From: the human T2T-CHM13v2.0 reference genome, Homo sapiens
DNA length: 64,000 nt
Assembly (NCBI RefSeq): GCF_009914755.1
Contig: NC_060936.1
Direction: 5' to 3' (one strand)
In this document: piece by piece, positions 17,989-30,992 of the stretch
How the letters are laid out: every line of letters starts with the position of its first letter
Numbering within the stretch: position 1 is the first letter of the stretch
Made by a program: the position numbers and the translations under genes
The notes under the pieces: model-generated
Told to the model about the DNA's origin: nothing
The model's database searches: none
Seen by the model: only the letters and a program-made list of their open reading frames with translations

Positions 17989-18324
17989 TATAACTAGTTG
18001 TCTTTGGACATTTTACACTTACCTCATTGTCCTCAACTTATGCTCATTACAAAGTGAGGAGATGGAGTGAGCTTATCTGTAAAGTACCTTATAGCTCTCA
18101 GATTTTCTGTTATTATTTTAATTTAAAAATTTCAGTAGTGTTCCTCATCTTGCCCTCTATTTCAGAGATACCCTATCACCCACAAAAAAGTACCTATCTT
18201 TTTACAACTGTTTTTTCTGGGATTTAGCAAACTGTTCTGTTGACCTTCTACCATTCTTCTCTGCTAAGTCTCGTCTTCTCTAAATGGGAAGAGATGAGGA
18301 TAACTTTGTTTTTTTAAATCTCTT

Positions 18325-18405
18325 GTTTATTTATTTATTTATTGAGACAGGGTCTTGTTCTGTTGCCCAGGCTGAAGTGCAGTGGTGCGATCATAGCTCA
18401 TTGTA
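18325..18405 (-). mobile_element. Alu 3' fragment
   Basis: (TTTA)n tail then GAGACAGGGTCTTGTTCTGTTGCCCAGGCTG...ATAGCTCATTG. Confidence 0.8.
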
Positions 18406-18508
18406 ATCAGGAAAGAGCTAGCTTTTTAACTAATGGATTGTGGAAAGATTGTTGTGGTTTTTACTGCAGAAAACTTCCCACTTATTCAGCTATAGAAAAT
18501 ACTATGCT

Positions 18509-18797
<289 letters not shown>

Positions 18798-19320
18798 TAT
18801 ATATATACTGTGCTAACAGAAATAGTGTGCTTTTTAATAAAATACTCCAAAGTTTATGTGTTTGTATAACCTTGAGAATATTAGACCTTCTTAGAGAATT
18901 TATTCAGAGAGTAAAAGGTATAAAGGAATTAAATAGGACTCTGAAGTCCTGTTTTCTAGCTGAAGACAAATAAAGCTTAGAGAAAGGAAGCTAAGTATGC
19001 ATGCAACAATCAAAACCAGAAACAACGGTCAGTAGCTGCAAAGATTGCTACAATTTACTCATAAAGTCTTTTCAGATTAGGTGTATTTTGCACCTGCTTC
19101 ATTGATTGAGATATATGTGCTACAATGACCATGTTTTTGAAACTTATGGTCTCACACAAAATCTGATCAAGGTTCAGATTATAAAATCAGGATCACCCCA
19201 GATAACCTAGGAAGCATCATCTTTGAGTCATCACTTGGTGGCATCCCCACCCCATGTCATCTTTGACACCATCCCTAACAGAAATAGGTGAAGACACAGG
19301 AAGAGATAAGAGTTGGCTCT

Positions 19321-19384
19321 TTGTCGCGCCATTGCACTCCAGCCTGGGCTACAAGAGTGAAACTCCATCTCAAAAAAAAAAAAG
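19321..19384 (+). mobile_element. Extremely 5'-truncated Alu (AluSp/Sq-type 3' end)
   Basis: About 50 nt of Alu 3' end plus A tail; TSD GAGTTGGCTCT at 19310-19320 and 19385-19395. Confidence 0.9.
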
Positions 19385-19728
19385 GAGTTGGCTCTCCATA
19401 TCCTTGGGTTCCACATATGTGGATTTAACCAACTATGGATAGAAAATATTTTTAAAAAGGATGATTGTGTCTGTGCTGAACATGTACAGATTTTTTTTGT
19501 CATTATTCCCTAAACAATACTGTATAGTATGTGTTTACATAGCATTTACATTGTATTCAATTTTGTAAGTAATCTCGGGATGATTTAAAGTATGTGGAAC
19601 AATGTGTGTAACTTATATGTAAATATTATGCCATTTTATATTAGGGACTTGAGCATCATGGATTTTGGTAACCATGAGGGGAGGAGGAGTCCCACTACCA
19701 ATCCTCCACAGATACTGAGGAACAACTT
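19385..19728. mobile_element. MER2 (Tigger-family) DNA transposon
   Basis: AGTTGGCTCTCCATATCCTTGGGTTCCACAT...GGATTTAACCAAC start; CAATCCTCCACAGATACTGAGGAACAACT end. Confidence 0.85.
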
Positions 19729-20237
19729 GCTTTATGTACATGAGGATCATCAAGCCTAGACGATTCCTTAAGGCTACTCTGGTCAAAATGTTCTCAGAAT
19801 GTTAATAGATATTATATGCCTGAATGGTTTGAAATATCCTGGGATGAACAATTTCTTCTCTAATGACTGGGAGGTTTTATCCTAACAAGCACTATGAATT
19901 TTATTGAGGCCAATATGGTGTTCAGTGTTTCCAAAACATTTGACCAGGAGCTTTTGAAAGAGATGGCCACACCTTGGAAAACACTGCTTATTTGCTGATT
20001 TCTTCCCTTTTTTTGCCCATAGATTTTTGAAAAAATATGTATTAATGAAATTAAAGTCAGCTCCAAATAGGAGCTGAAATAGGAGAAGGTGGTTATATTT
20101 TACTGACTAGCTACCATGTATTCATATTTAGTGTCTCATTTAATCTTCATAACATGTGTTGAACAAAAGAAGAAAATAGAATAAAATGGTTAAATAAGCT
20201 GTCCAAAGTTGCATAGTCAGGGAGTGTTGCAGCCTCT

Positions 20238-20262
20238 TGTGTGTGTGTGTGTGTGTGTGTGT
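20238..20262. repeat. (TG)n microsatellite
   Basis: About 12 TG units. Confidence 0.9.
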
Positions 20263-21028
20263 ACACAAGTATATGTGTGTGTTGTGAGAGGGAGAGAAAA
20301 AGAAATAAAAGAGAGCTAAATTCAGCAAATATTCATTTGACACCTATTCTATGTAATGTTGCTATTCTAAGCACAAGAAGATATTTAGATGTCTCTGAAC
20401 TCTGAGAGTTTATAATCTAGTAGGGAAGGTATAGTATAGACAAGTATTCATGTAAGACAGATTGTGGTAAATGTACAATTTATTAGAGATAATTATAACT
20501 GGGATCAAGCCAGAGGAAAGGGCAAAGGCAGTGTCTCAAAATTGGAGTACCTAAGGGATTAGCCCTTGGAGGTTTTCCATTCTCTGTCTGGACCCATTTA
20601 CTTGGTGGTTTCCTCTGGTCCCATGACTTTAAATATTATCTTAAGCTAAAGACTGACATACTAATTCTTCTATTCCCTCTCCTGAAATCAAGATCACTGT
20701 ATCCAATGGCCTATTTAACATTTCCACTTGGGTTTTTAATAGACATTTTAACTTGTACAATTGAACTCCTAATACCTCCACTCCCATGCCACACCTTCTA
20801 AACCTGTACCACCTGCACTCTTGCCTAACCCAAGTAATGGCCACCTCAGTCCTTGGATATACTCAGTCCAAAACCTTGGAGTCATTCTTGACTACTCTCG
20901 ATTTTCTTACATTCTACATCAAATCATTAAATTCTATTGGGTCTCCCTTCAAGTTATATATAGAATTGCACCTCTTTTCACCATTGCTGCTACTGCCCTT
21001 GTACACCACCCTAACACCAACATTTCTT

Positions 21029-21317
21029 TCTTTTTGAGGCAGAGTCTTGCTCTGTCACCCAGGCTGGAGTGCTGTGGCACAATCTTGGGCCACTGCAACC
21101 TCTGCCTCCTGGGTTCAAGCGATTCTCTTGCTCCAGCCTCCTGAGTAGCTGGGATTACAGGCATGCACCACTACACCTGGCTAATTTTTGTATTTTTAGT
21201 AGAGACAGCGTTTCACCATGTTGGCTAGGCTGGTCTTGAACTCCTGACCTCAGGTGATCCACCTGCCTTGGCCTCCCAAAGTTCTGGGATTACAGGCGTG
21301 AGCCACTGCGCCTGGCC
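21029..21317 (-). mobile_element. AluSx-type
   Basis: Full antisense Alu; TSD ACCAA(C/A)ATTTCTT. Confidence 0.95.
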
Positions 21318-21529
21318 ACCAAAATTTCTTGCCTAGATTATTGTAGTAGCCTTTCAGCTGATCTCCTCATTTATTTTCTTGCCCATCCACCTTACAACGT
21401 AGCATCTAGGGTGATCCATGTAAAACTCTTCATCAGATCATGTCACTCGTGCGCAAAACCTTGCAATAGCTTCCCATTTTACTCACAATAAAAGCCAAAG
21501 TCCTTAAAATGCTCTACACAGTCCTGTTT

Positions 21530-21711
21530 CCTCTTTGTTTTCTCCTCCTTCTCCTTTCTTCTCCTCCTCCTTCTCTTTTTCCCTCCTCCTCCTTCTCTTT
21601 TTCCCTCCTCCTCCTTCTCTTTTTCCCTCCTCCTCCTTCTCCACCTCCTCCTCCTCCTCTTCCTCCTCCTCCTCCTTCTCCTTCTTCTTTCCTTTTTTTT
21701 TTTTTTTTTTT
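21530..21711. repeat. Polypyrimidine (CCT/TTC) tract including a 22-bp unit x3.6
   Basis: CTCCTCCTCCTTCTCTTTTTCC repeated at 21561, 21583 and 21605; continuous with the T tail of the adjacent antisense Alu. Confidence 0.95.
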
Positions 21712-21923
21712 AAGAGACAAGGTCTCTCCCTGTCACTATTATCCAGGATGGAGTGCAGTGCCACCATCATAGCTCACTATAGTCTCCAACTCCGGGACTC
21801 AAGCAGTCCTCCCACCTCAGCCTCCTGAGTAGCTGGAACTCTTGAACTCCTGCCCTCAAGCAATCCTCCCACCTAGGCCTTCAAAGGTACTGGGCTTACA
21901 GTCAGGAGCCACCATGCCCAGCC
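21693..21923 (-). mobile_element. AluJ with internal deletion of the linker region
   Basis: The right arm joins the left arm at 21840/21841 (AGCTGGAACT|CTTGAACTCC). Confidence 0.85.
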
Positions 21924-22485
21924 TCTTTCTGCTATTCTAATGGCTCATGCTGTTCAAGCCACCAAGCTTCCTCCAGTTCCTCGAATATTTTATGGCATGC
22001 TCTGCTTTCAGGGCGTTTCCATTGGCTGCTCTTTCTACCTGGATTTCTAGTCTTCCAAATATCTTCACTGATCACTTCCTCATCTCTTTGATGTTTTTTC
22101 TCCAATGCCATTTTCTCAAACTTACCCTGGCTTGTCTGTTTAAAATTATGATTGTTCTGCATTCCACATTAACACTCCCCCTTATTCTCTTCTAATTTTC
22201 CCATGACACTCATCATCTTCTAACATGTAATATAATATACTTGGCTATTGTGCTTATTGTTTTTCATCTATCTCCACCACTCATTTGCTATCCTTGTCTA
22301 GAATGTAAACTCGCTGAGCTCAGAGATCCTTATGTGTGTCTGGTACTGCAGAATGAAGGAAGAGAAAAAAGTCTTCTTGATGGAAGGGATCTGGAAAGGC
22401 CTCATGGAGAAACAACATTTCACTGCCAATAGCCTTCAAGGTCTTGGTGGTGCAGAGTCATACTGGTCAAATTTGGGAGACATGG

Positions 22486-22876
22486 TGCATTAATTTGCTA
22501 GAGCTGCCACAATTTATCACAGACTGGGTGGCTTAAATAATAGAAATTTATTTTCTCACAATTCTGGATGCTGGAAGTCTGAGTTCAAGGTGTTGGTGGG
22601 ATTGGTTTCTTCTGAGGTGAGGTCTCTCCTCTTGCCTTGTAAATGGTCCACTTTTCACTGTGTCCTCACATGGTCTTCTCTCTGTCCTTCTCTGTGCCAT
22701 AATCTCCTCTTCTTATAAGGAAACTAGTCATATTAGGTTAGGGCTCACCCTAATGACCTCAGTTTAACTTAATCATCTATTTAAAAACACTATATCCAAA
22801 TATAGTTACATTCTGAGGTACTGGGGGTTATGAGTTCAGCATATAAACTTGGAGGACAGCAACGCAGCTCATAACA
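22486..22876 (-). mobile_element. MLT1B-like MaLR solo LTR
   Basis: TGCATTAATTTGCTAGAGCTGCC...ACAGACTGGGTGGCTTAAA...CATAACA. Confidence 0.85.
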
Positions 22877-23047
22877 CACTGTGCATCATCGGGTCTGTGT
22901 CTGTGGCTCTGGCTCTGGCTGCTTTGACTCAGCCACTCCTACCTGGGATTTTTTCTTTTTTTTTTAGTATAAACGTTTTGATGACAATTTGACTTTGCCC
23001 CCAAATACAACAAACTAAAACACTTTCAACTCTTAAAATGTGACAAA

Positions 23048-23448
23048 ACAACAACCCAAGAATCCATCAATAGATGAATGGATAAACAAAATGTGGCATA
23101 TACATACAATGGAATATTATTCAGCCATAAAAAGGAATGATGTCCTAGCATGTGTTACAACATGGGTGAACCTTGAAAACATTATGCTAAGTGAAATAAG
23201 GCAGACATAAAAGGATAAATATTGTATGAGTCCATGAATATACTTAGAATAAGAACATTCACAGAGACAAAAAGTTGAATGGTGGTTACCAGGAGCTGGG
23301 GGAAATGGAAAGAGGGGGAGTTATTTTTAGTGGGTACAGTGTTTCTGTTTGGGATGACAATTCTGGAACTAGATGGTACTGGTTATACAATATTGTGAAT
23401 AATGCTGAATTGTATACTTACAAATGGTTAAAATGATAAGAAAAAAAA
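23048..23448 (+). mobile_element. L1MB/L1MA-type 3' end
   Basis: CCATCAATAGATGAATGGATAAACAAAATGTGG...GTTTCTGTTTGGGATGA...AAATGGTTAAAATG. Confidence 0.85.
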
Positions 23449-23967
23449 GTTACAGAGTAACATATAAGGAGACAACCTTTTTCTTGAGTCTCTGTCTGAA
23501 GTGTGGGGTGAGAATATGATGAGAGTGAAGGACAAGGAATGTGGTGGTAAATAGGCCAAGTCCTCAGCATCGCGAGGCATTTAAAATGCACGTGAAGTGC
23601 ATTTCAGGAAGGGCCAGCCATCCCTATAAGCCAAATGCCTGTTAGTTTAAGAGAATTAACTTGTATCTTGAATGATCTATACTTCAAATTCTCAGATTAA
23701 CCTTTGAAAGTTTAGGATGTTGAAGATATAATTTTGGAGCCATTGTGTGATTATTTTTTCTTACTTCCTAATAACCCAAGAAAGTCTCTCAAGTTTTCAA
23801 CACTTTTTTTTTTAGCACTCCTAGTAATGTATGTTATATTTAATATAATGAAACTCTTTCACAAGGATGATTATGGGTAAGGGGATTGATATCCTCTGAA
23901 AGGCTAACATAGTTATAAAGAACTTTTAAAACCTTTATTTAAAATAAAATTATTATGAATATAATAT

Positions 23968-24622
23968 ATTAGAAGTCCTCTTATCTAGTGTAGCTGAGAC
24001 TTGAGGTTGGTTGATAAATTGAAAAATGTGGTGAAAGCCAGGATCATAAAAGTGATAACATGCATATCGTAAACTTTTTAACTTAAAATACACAAATGTA
24101 CATTCATTCATTAATCTTTTCATACAAAAGCAAGGCTTTTCATTGAGTGTGAATTTGCTGATTGGAGTTCTGTTTGGTGTTTCTTTCCTAAAGGATATTC
24201 ATAATTCCAAAATGCAGTTTCATTGCATTTAAAGTGGAGGAAGAAATTGAAATTTTTCATGAACAAATATGGAAACCTTCTAAATTTTTATGATCTCATT
24301 TCACCTAATTTAGCTAATTTTTTTCAACTTGGCTTTATGAAGTCTTTCCAAATATTCAACTTAGTTTCATAGAAATAGCCCGCTTTCTCTTCATGCTCGT
24401 ATTTAAATATTTTATTAACTTATATAATTAAGAAAAGTACAATTGGCTTAACAGGTGGGGAGACAAATGGAGTAAACTTTTGGTAAGCATGTGGAAAGCC
24501 TGCTGATCTAAGCATTTGGATGCTATGGGCATCAGCCAGGAAGGTTTAGAAAGGGTATGGAGAATATTCATTCATTTGGCAAGTTTGCTGAGTGGACATT
24601 GTCTAAGGGAGTTTAAACTGTA
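23968..24622 (-). mobile_element. Old Tigger/pogo-family DNA transposon remnant with degraded transposase N-terminus
   Basis: Minus strand reads MKRKRAISMK... and ...RTPISKFTLNEKALLLYEK (CENP-B/pogo HTH-like), with stops; right end ...AAACTG-TA. Confidence 0.6.
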
Positions 24623-24948
24623 TGCGCTCCTAAAACCCATATAACACTGAAATGAACAAAGTAAAAGTCTTCCATAATAGATGGGTTGGGGGCAGAGGAA
24701 GTGATGTATATTGAACAGGATCAAGAGCTACTATGTTTAGGTACTTTTTTATGATCTACTTCAACATGGCCAATGTAAAGTACCTATACTCAAATGTCTC
24801 TCGAGTCAAAATGGGACATGAAATTGTCCTGATTCATGAAAATAGCCCCAAAGCAATGTCTTCTGTGGGCTCCCTGTGAACAGAGACAGTGAAGTTGCTT
24901 AGGCAACGCTAAGATTCTTAAGCATAGATATTGTGGACAGTGGGAGGA

Positions 24949-25238
24949 TCTTCTTCTTTCTCCTTCCTTCTTCCTTCTTTCCTCTTCCTCTTCTTCTTCA
25001 GGATCTCCCTTCCTTCCTTCCTTCCTTCTTTCTTTCCTTCTCCTCCTCCTCCTTCCTCTCCTCTTCCTCCTCCTCCTCTTTCTTTTTCTTCCTCTTCCTC
25101 TTTTGCCACTGCCGCCTTCTTCTTCTTCTTCTCCTTCTCCCTCTTCCTCTTCCTCCTCCTCCTCCTCTTCTTCTCCTCCTTCTTCCACTTCCTCTTCCTC
25201 TTCTTCTTTTCTTCTTCTTTCTTCTTCTTCTTTCTTTT
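24949..25238. repeat. Polypyrimidine (TCC/TTC/TTCC) low-complexity tract
   Basis: About 290 bp of almost pure C/T on the + strand. Confidence 0.95.
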
Positions 25239-25356
25239 CAAGGTGGGATCTCACTGTTTTTCCCAAGCTAGATTTGAACTCCTTGGCTCAAGTGATCCTT
25301 CTGCCTCACCCTTCTAAGTACCTGGGACTACAGGTATTAGCCCTTGTGCCTGGCTG
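25232..25356 (-). mobile_element. FLAM (free left Alu monomer)
   Basis: Antisense monomer: TCTCACTG...GAACTCCTTGGCTCAAGTGATCC...GTGCCTGGCT. Confidence 0.75.
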
Positions 25357-26977
25357 TTTTTTCCCCACTTCGGAGTGAAAAAGAACTTATCACACATGGA
25401 AGGCATGTGCCTTTGGCAATGTAGATGTGACAGTTACCCTAGAAACTTCTAAGGCTCCTAGGTAGAATTAGGCCTGTGGGATTAGGCTTATGGCTCAAGG
25501 ATGCAGCCCTGACCTTTTAGCGTCCTGACATTTTTTTTTTCCTCTTTGGCTACTTGCCTTGGCAAGAATTTTAGCCTTAGCATATGACTGGGTGTCCTAG
25601 CTTAGCTAGTCAATCTGACGAAGGGGTAATTTTTACCACCAGCTAGAAAGATGAACTTCTTCCTAAGGTCTGCTGAGTCTCAGCAGCTCAGAGAGAGCCA
25701 CAGAGAATCACAGTTGTGAGCCTAGAGTGGAGGCAGCTCTCTTAACACCAGGCCTCCTGGACTCAACAGCTCTGTGGGGGTTTCTTAAGTGCATTGTGAA
25801 GGTATTGATAGAACTGAGGGGCTGGAGAGACTCATCTCTCCCAAAATTTGGCCTAAGGGTAAGGTCTAGCATTTAACTGTTGTGATCTCTTGTGATTCCA
25901 GGCAAGGAATCCATACAATAAGACAATTTATACCCCGTGCTCCCCGTCCTCCCAACCCCCCAACCCCCACCCCCACCACTTAATACTAGAAGAGTGGGGA
26001 ATTCTAAACACTTAGTAAAAGACAGGAGAAAATGGTTCCTCATAAACCATCCTTGCCATCTTGTCCCTGTGGTCATATAATCACAATGAAAATTATTCAT
26101 GGTTTTACAGTTTCATCTCCTTCCCACTTTATGAAAATTAAGATGAATATACACTTCCTATAAAGCAAGTGTGGTTTTATATTGCTCTGTGTAAGGTCCT
26201 AGAGGCTTTATACAAACACAGAAGAAACACATTTCACTCACCCAATATTTTGTATAATAGTAATAGGACAAAAAACCCACAGGAACACTCACAGTTTTAC
26301 AAACCAAGAAGAAAATGTCACCAGCCATTGACTGTCATATATGAACATATTATTTGGCATGTAGCAGGCTGACAAATCTACAGCATCTACACAGTCAAGG
26401 GCTTGGTGTAATACAATTTCTCTAGGTTAAAATTAACTCCAATTTAACCTACACCAATGTTGCTAATTATTCACATCCTTATTGATGACAAGCAGATAAA
26501 AACCTCTAATTTCCAACTAGAGGTGTTATCTCAAAACGATGAGTTGACCAGATGTTTAAAATAGTTAGAGGCCTTTCTGGCTAGCACAGGGAAGATGGCA
26601 CACATAGATATGTAGGACAAATCATCTTGGGAAAACAAGTTGGCCTAAGACATGCTGACTGCACAAGCTCCAACAGAAGAAACAACAGAACTGCTTAAGG
26701 CTCAGGTCTAATAGAGATTTGCTGGTTCTTCATTTTATTGTTTCTTTCTTCTAAATTTTTGAGATGAAGCTATTCAAGAAGAATGGGTATGCCTAAGTTA
26801 ACAAAAAGGTTGAAAATGTTGAATATTTTCAAGAAAGCAACATTTTAAAGTCCCATTGTTGTTAGAATAAAAATATAGTGGGCATTGTTGAAGATACTAT
26901 TTATAGAGGATGTTTATAAAACTGAATGAAATTTTAGACCTGCTGTCTGGAATTGGGGTAAAAAACTCAAATGCCTT

Positions 26978-27320
26978 CAGGGACAGTCAGTTGTCACAAA
27001 TGAGTGAAACTGACTAGAAGTCAAATAATAGGAAGTAGTGGGAACCAAGGAAAGCAAGGGTTGCTGCTCTGTCAGGAGTGCAATGGGTGCTACCCAGCAA
27101 CAGCTGATTGTTGCCAGGACAGAATGCAGGCCCAGTGTAATCCAATCTTTTGATTTTTCAAAGGAAATGCACACTCTAAAGAGAAATCTGGATTTTCATG
27201 TAAAATCCTCTTACATATAAATATTGGCAGCCAAATCAAAATATTAAAAGAAAGTTGTAAAACAAACAGTACACATCTATGGATGAAATTTAGTCTGATG
27301 ACCTACAGCTTTGACCCCTG
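26978..27320 (-). mobile_element. MER102 (hAT-Charlie)
   Basis: CAGCTGATTGTTGCCA..GAATGCAGGCCCAGTGT...AAATCTGGATTTTCATGTAAAATC...TGACCCCTG. Confidence 0.78.
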
Positions 27321-27459
27321 ATAAATGCTTTAACAAGTTTTGGAGTAACATTCATGGCCATTAATCCAGTGATGTATGATCTTCTTAATCTTTTTTATCT
27401 TCAGCATTAAAAATTAATACAAAGCTTTTATTTGCACATTCTTCCTACATGTAGTCTTT

Positions 27460-27960
27460 CCAAACTGTCTTCCACACAGCAGCCAGAGTTACAACAAAGA
27501 TCTTAACTGTCACCCCCATTCCCTGAGTTCTAAAACCTATGATGATTCCTTAGTGCCTGCAAGAGATTTTCCACACATACTATGACCTTTTCAATTTGAA
27601 TCTAACCTATTTTTCTGAATTTATCTCTGGACATTGCTGCCCTGCCTCCCTGTGTTCTGGTCATACCAGATTACTCATCATTCCCCCAAACTGGAAGTCA
27701 CTACCCACTTACGTGACTTTGCTAATGCTATTCCCTTCTCCTGAAATGCTTTTCCTCCCTATTCCTGGTCAACACCCAACTCAAATACCTCCTCCTCTTT
27801 TTAGTCTTCTCGGATTCAGCCATCCTCAAGAAGTTTAGTTATTCTGTGTTCCTATTAATGAAATGCATACTTTACTAGGGAACTTATGACATTGTAGTAT
27901 ACTGATTTGTTTTTGTGTCTGTATTTTCAGACAGGTAGTGGGCACACTGCAAGATATATC
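27460..27960 (+). mobile_element. L2 fragment
   Basis: TCTTCCACACAGCAGCCAGAGT... and ...TTCCCTTCTCCTGAAATGCT, L2-like. Confidence 0.55.
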
Positions 27961-28284
27961 CTCAACTCTTAAAATTGTAGGTACAATTTTTTATTAACTC
28001 AAATTTAATACAAGGCTATATAAAAACAAATAAAAATGTTGCATATTTAATCCAACTGATGGACTCCCAAAAGATTGTTTATAAATAAAAATAAATGGAA
28101 TCAGACTTTTATACTGGGAAACTTATCTAGAAGAGTTATTTTGTAAAAAGAAGAATGCATTTGAAATTCCCAAGGCTGGTCCTACGTATACCTACTTATA
28201 CATTGTGATTTGAGGGGACAGTAAACCTCCCAGTATTTTGGATCTGTCTAATATAGTGCCTGATGGACTTAATTACTCCTTAAG

Positions 28285-28487
28285 GGTGCACTGTTCAGCA
28301 TGGTAGCCATTGACCACATGCGGCCACTTAATAAAAAGTTAATAAAATTTAAAATTTATCAACATTTTTCAATCACACTAGCCACATTTCAAGTGTCCAG
28401 TAGCCACGTGGGCTAGTGGTGATTATATTGGACAGGAGAGATATAGAATATTTCTATCTCAGCAGAAATTTCTATTGAAGAGCACTG
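28285..28487. mobile_element. MER3 (hAT-Charlie)
   Basis: TCACACTAGCCACATTTCAAGTG...GAAATTTCTATTGAAGAGCACTG. Confidence 0.8.
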
Positions 28488-28597
28488 TCCTAAGAGATTT
28501 CATCAAGAGATGGGAATTACAATAGGGGGAAAGGCAATTCATCTTCTGGTAAAGATGGTGAGTTAGCTGGTAATCACTCCTAGGTAATAGTCTGTAT

Positions 28598-28810
28598 CAG
28601 GAGCCAGTGAAGTACAATCCATGGACTAAGTCTGATCCTCAACCAGTTTTGTAAGTAAAGTTTTATTGGAACACAATCATAACCTCTTAATTAACTTATT
28701 GTCTATGGCTGCTTTCCAGTTCAATGTCAGAGTTGAGGAGTTGAGATGAAGATTATGTTGTCTGCAAGCCAAAAATTTCTGGCCCTTTAGGTAAAAGTTT
28801 GCTGCTCTTG
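28598..28810. mobile_element. MER58A (hAT-Charlie)
   Basis: TTTTGTAAGTAAAGTTTTATTGGAACAC...TGTCTATGGCTGCTTT...TCTGGCCCTTTA..AAAAGTTTGCTG. Confidence 0.85.
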
Positions 28811-29631
28811 GTTTATATGATTGATTCCATATTTATTTTGCCACTAAATAAAAAAGATTAGGAATAGGGACTCTGATGAGCTTAGAAAAAAAGGAGAAAG
28901 AATGGAGGGAGGCTTCTTAGTGACTGAGATTGGGGAACTAAAAATGAACATATCCAACATTTACTTTGATACATCTGGAAATACCAATAATGACTTCTCA
29001 ACATTGAAATTAAATAACAGGATGATAATTTAGGAAAATTTCACCCTTTAAATTTCTGTGCTACACAGAGCAACATGTTTAGTTTCTCTGACTAAATCAT
29101 TAAAATCTTTGGGAAATTCTGGGATTAATAAGTATTTGTTAGATGAATGAATGAATGAATCTGTAAAATTAGGAATTAAAACAAAATGATCTCCAAGACG
29201 TCTTCTGGTGAACAGATTTATCTTGGTTGGAAATTTTACATGCTAGATTTAAAAAAAAAAAACAAGCTATATCTGAATAAAGATCCAGTTCCTGCTCTCT
29301 GAGATGACCCTGGGCAATGCTGAGGTAGACAGGCATCTCCAGGTTAAGTACATGCAAATCACACAAACTAACCCAGAAACACAGGCATCAACACAGCACA
29401 CTGCTGACGGTGGGTACATTTTAGAGGTGAGATGTAAGGATAGCCTGGAGATTTTCACATTTAGATTTCATAGAGTGAAGGGCAAAGGTTAGGACACTTC
29501 TTAAGCAACCCAAGAGTCTGAGGAAGCTTATTCATTTTGAGTTGCTACTTGTGTGAGGGTCTGTAGTAATAACTGAGTGCCAAGTGAAGTGGGAGATGCT
29601 CTCTCTGTCCTAAAAACAGAAGGAGACTTGG

Positions 29632-30541
29632 TAATGCAGGATATTTTTTTGACCCCGTTGTGAGATTCGCGACAGGGGTGGCCTGTTTACTCAGCCCACC
29701 CTGTTCAACCCCTTGCAGGAGGCAGCGTGTGAACGAATGAGTGTGGGAACCAGAGTGAGCAAGTGCAGGAACCGGCCGGCTGCTTTAGTGCCAGCAGGAG
29801 CAAACTCCATGCAGCCCCTGTGGCAGTGTCCAGGTTGGGGGTGCTTATGACCCCAAGGCTCCAGAGGGTGTGTTACAATGCTCTCTTAGCTCCACTGTCC
29901 ACAGACAGCAGAGTGTTATCAGCTTAGTGGGCTCTTTGCCTCCTCACATGGGGCAGTTGCCCTCCACCAGCAAGGGCAAAGGGCCAGTGAGACAGCCTTT
30001 TTGGGTACCCATACTTGGTGCATCCTGAGTTCTTGCCTGGTGCCCAAAAGGAATGAGGTCATGCAGATGAATTGAAAGATGCTGAATGTGGAGAACTTTA
30101 TTGAGTGATCAAAGTGGCTTTCAGCAGAGAAGGGAGTTGGAAAGGGGATGGGAATGGCAGATTGCTCTCTCCTGAAGTCAAGCCACCTGTCTCCCTCTCT
30201 TCCAAAGTCAAGTTGCCTCATTCTGATGTCCAGCCATCATCTCTGAAGTCAGGTCACTTCTCCCTGATGTCCAGGTGCTTCTCCTCTCTACTGGCTGAGT
30301 CTGGGGTCTTTATAGGCACAGGATAGTGGGCAGGGGTGGGCCACAGGTAGTTTTGGAAAAGGCAACATTTGATTGGTAAAGACACTATTCAGAAAGAACC
30401 AATCAGGAGAGAGAGCGGGCACACACGGATGGAAGTTCTCACTTTGGGCCACTGGGTTTCAGGCTTTTCAGCTTGAAGGTGGGGTTTTGCCAGGGACCTG
30501 CCCCTGTCTGCCTAGAGTTTCTCTGTGTCCTGTTTCTATCA
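29632..30541 (-). mobile_element. ERV1 solo LTR of the MER52/LTR28/LTR1 group
   Basis: Minus-strand start TGATAGAAACAGGACACAGAGAAACTCTAGGCAGAC; TATA (CCTATAAAG) and CCAAT boxes; perfect TSD TTGG at 29628-29631 and 30542-30545. Confidence 0.88.
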
Positions 30542-30992
30542 TTGGCAGATTCTTTGGGTTGATGCAACACGTGACAACCAGATACGGGGCTCAAATTCTC
30601 ATCTTCCCAATAATTTTCCTTTATTTCACAGTTTGTGAAAATGTGCCTGAGCAACACCTCTGCTGTGGTGTGCCACAGGAGAGGCCTTGACAATTTGTAA
30701 AATGATAAGCCTTTTGTTATTGAGTTTCAGAAATTCTTTTGATTGGCTTTGTAGTCTCTGAAAAAAGATCAAGTCAGGGATGAAAATAAACACAAGACTT
30801 CAGGGAAATTTGTACTGTTCTGTCTTTGACATACTGACGTTGGAGCAAAATATAGGTCTTCTTTCTCAAGGATCACTACTTTGATAACATTTACTATTAC
30901 AAAAATAAACAGAAGTTAAGCCAGGAGTGGAGCGTTGCAAAACTTTTGCCAAGGGCATTGTTATATATTAAGCCTTATGTTCCTGTGAATCA

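Larger units (their letters stand above)
20570..22345 (+). mobile_element. L2a 3' region interrupted by two Alus and a CT-rich tract
   Basis: CCCATGACTTTAAATA..., AAAACCTTGGAGTCATTCTTGAC, CAGATCATGTCACTC and CTAGAATGTAAACTC are typical L2a segments. Confidence 0.8.
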
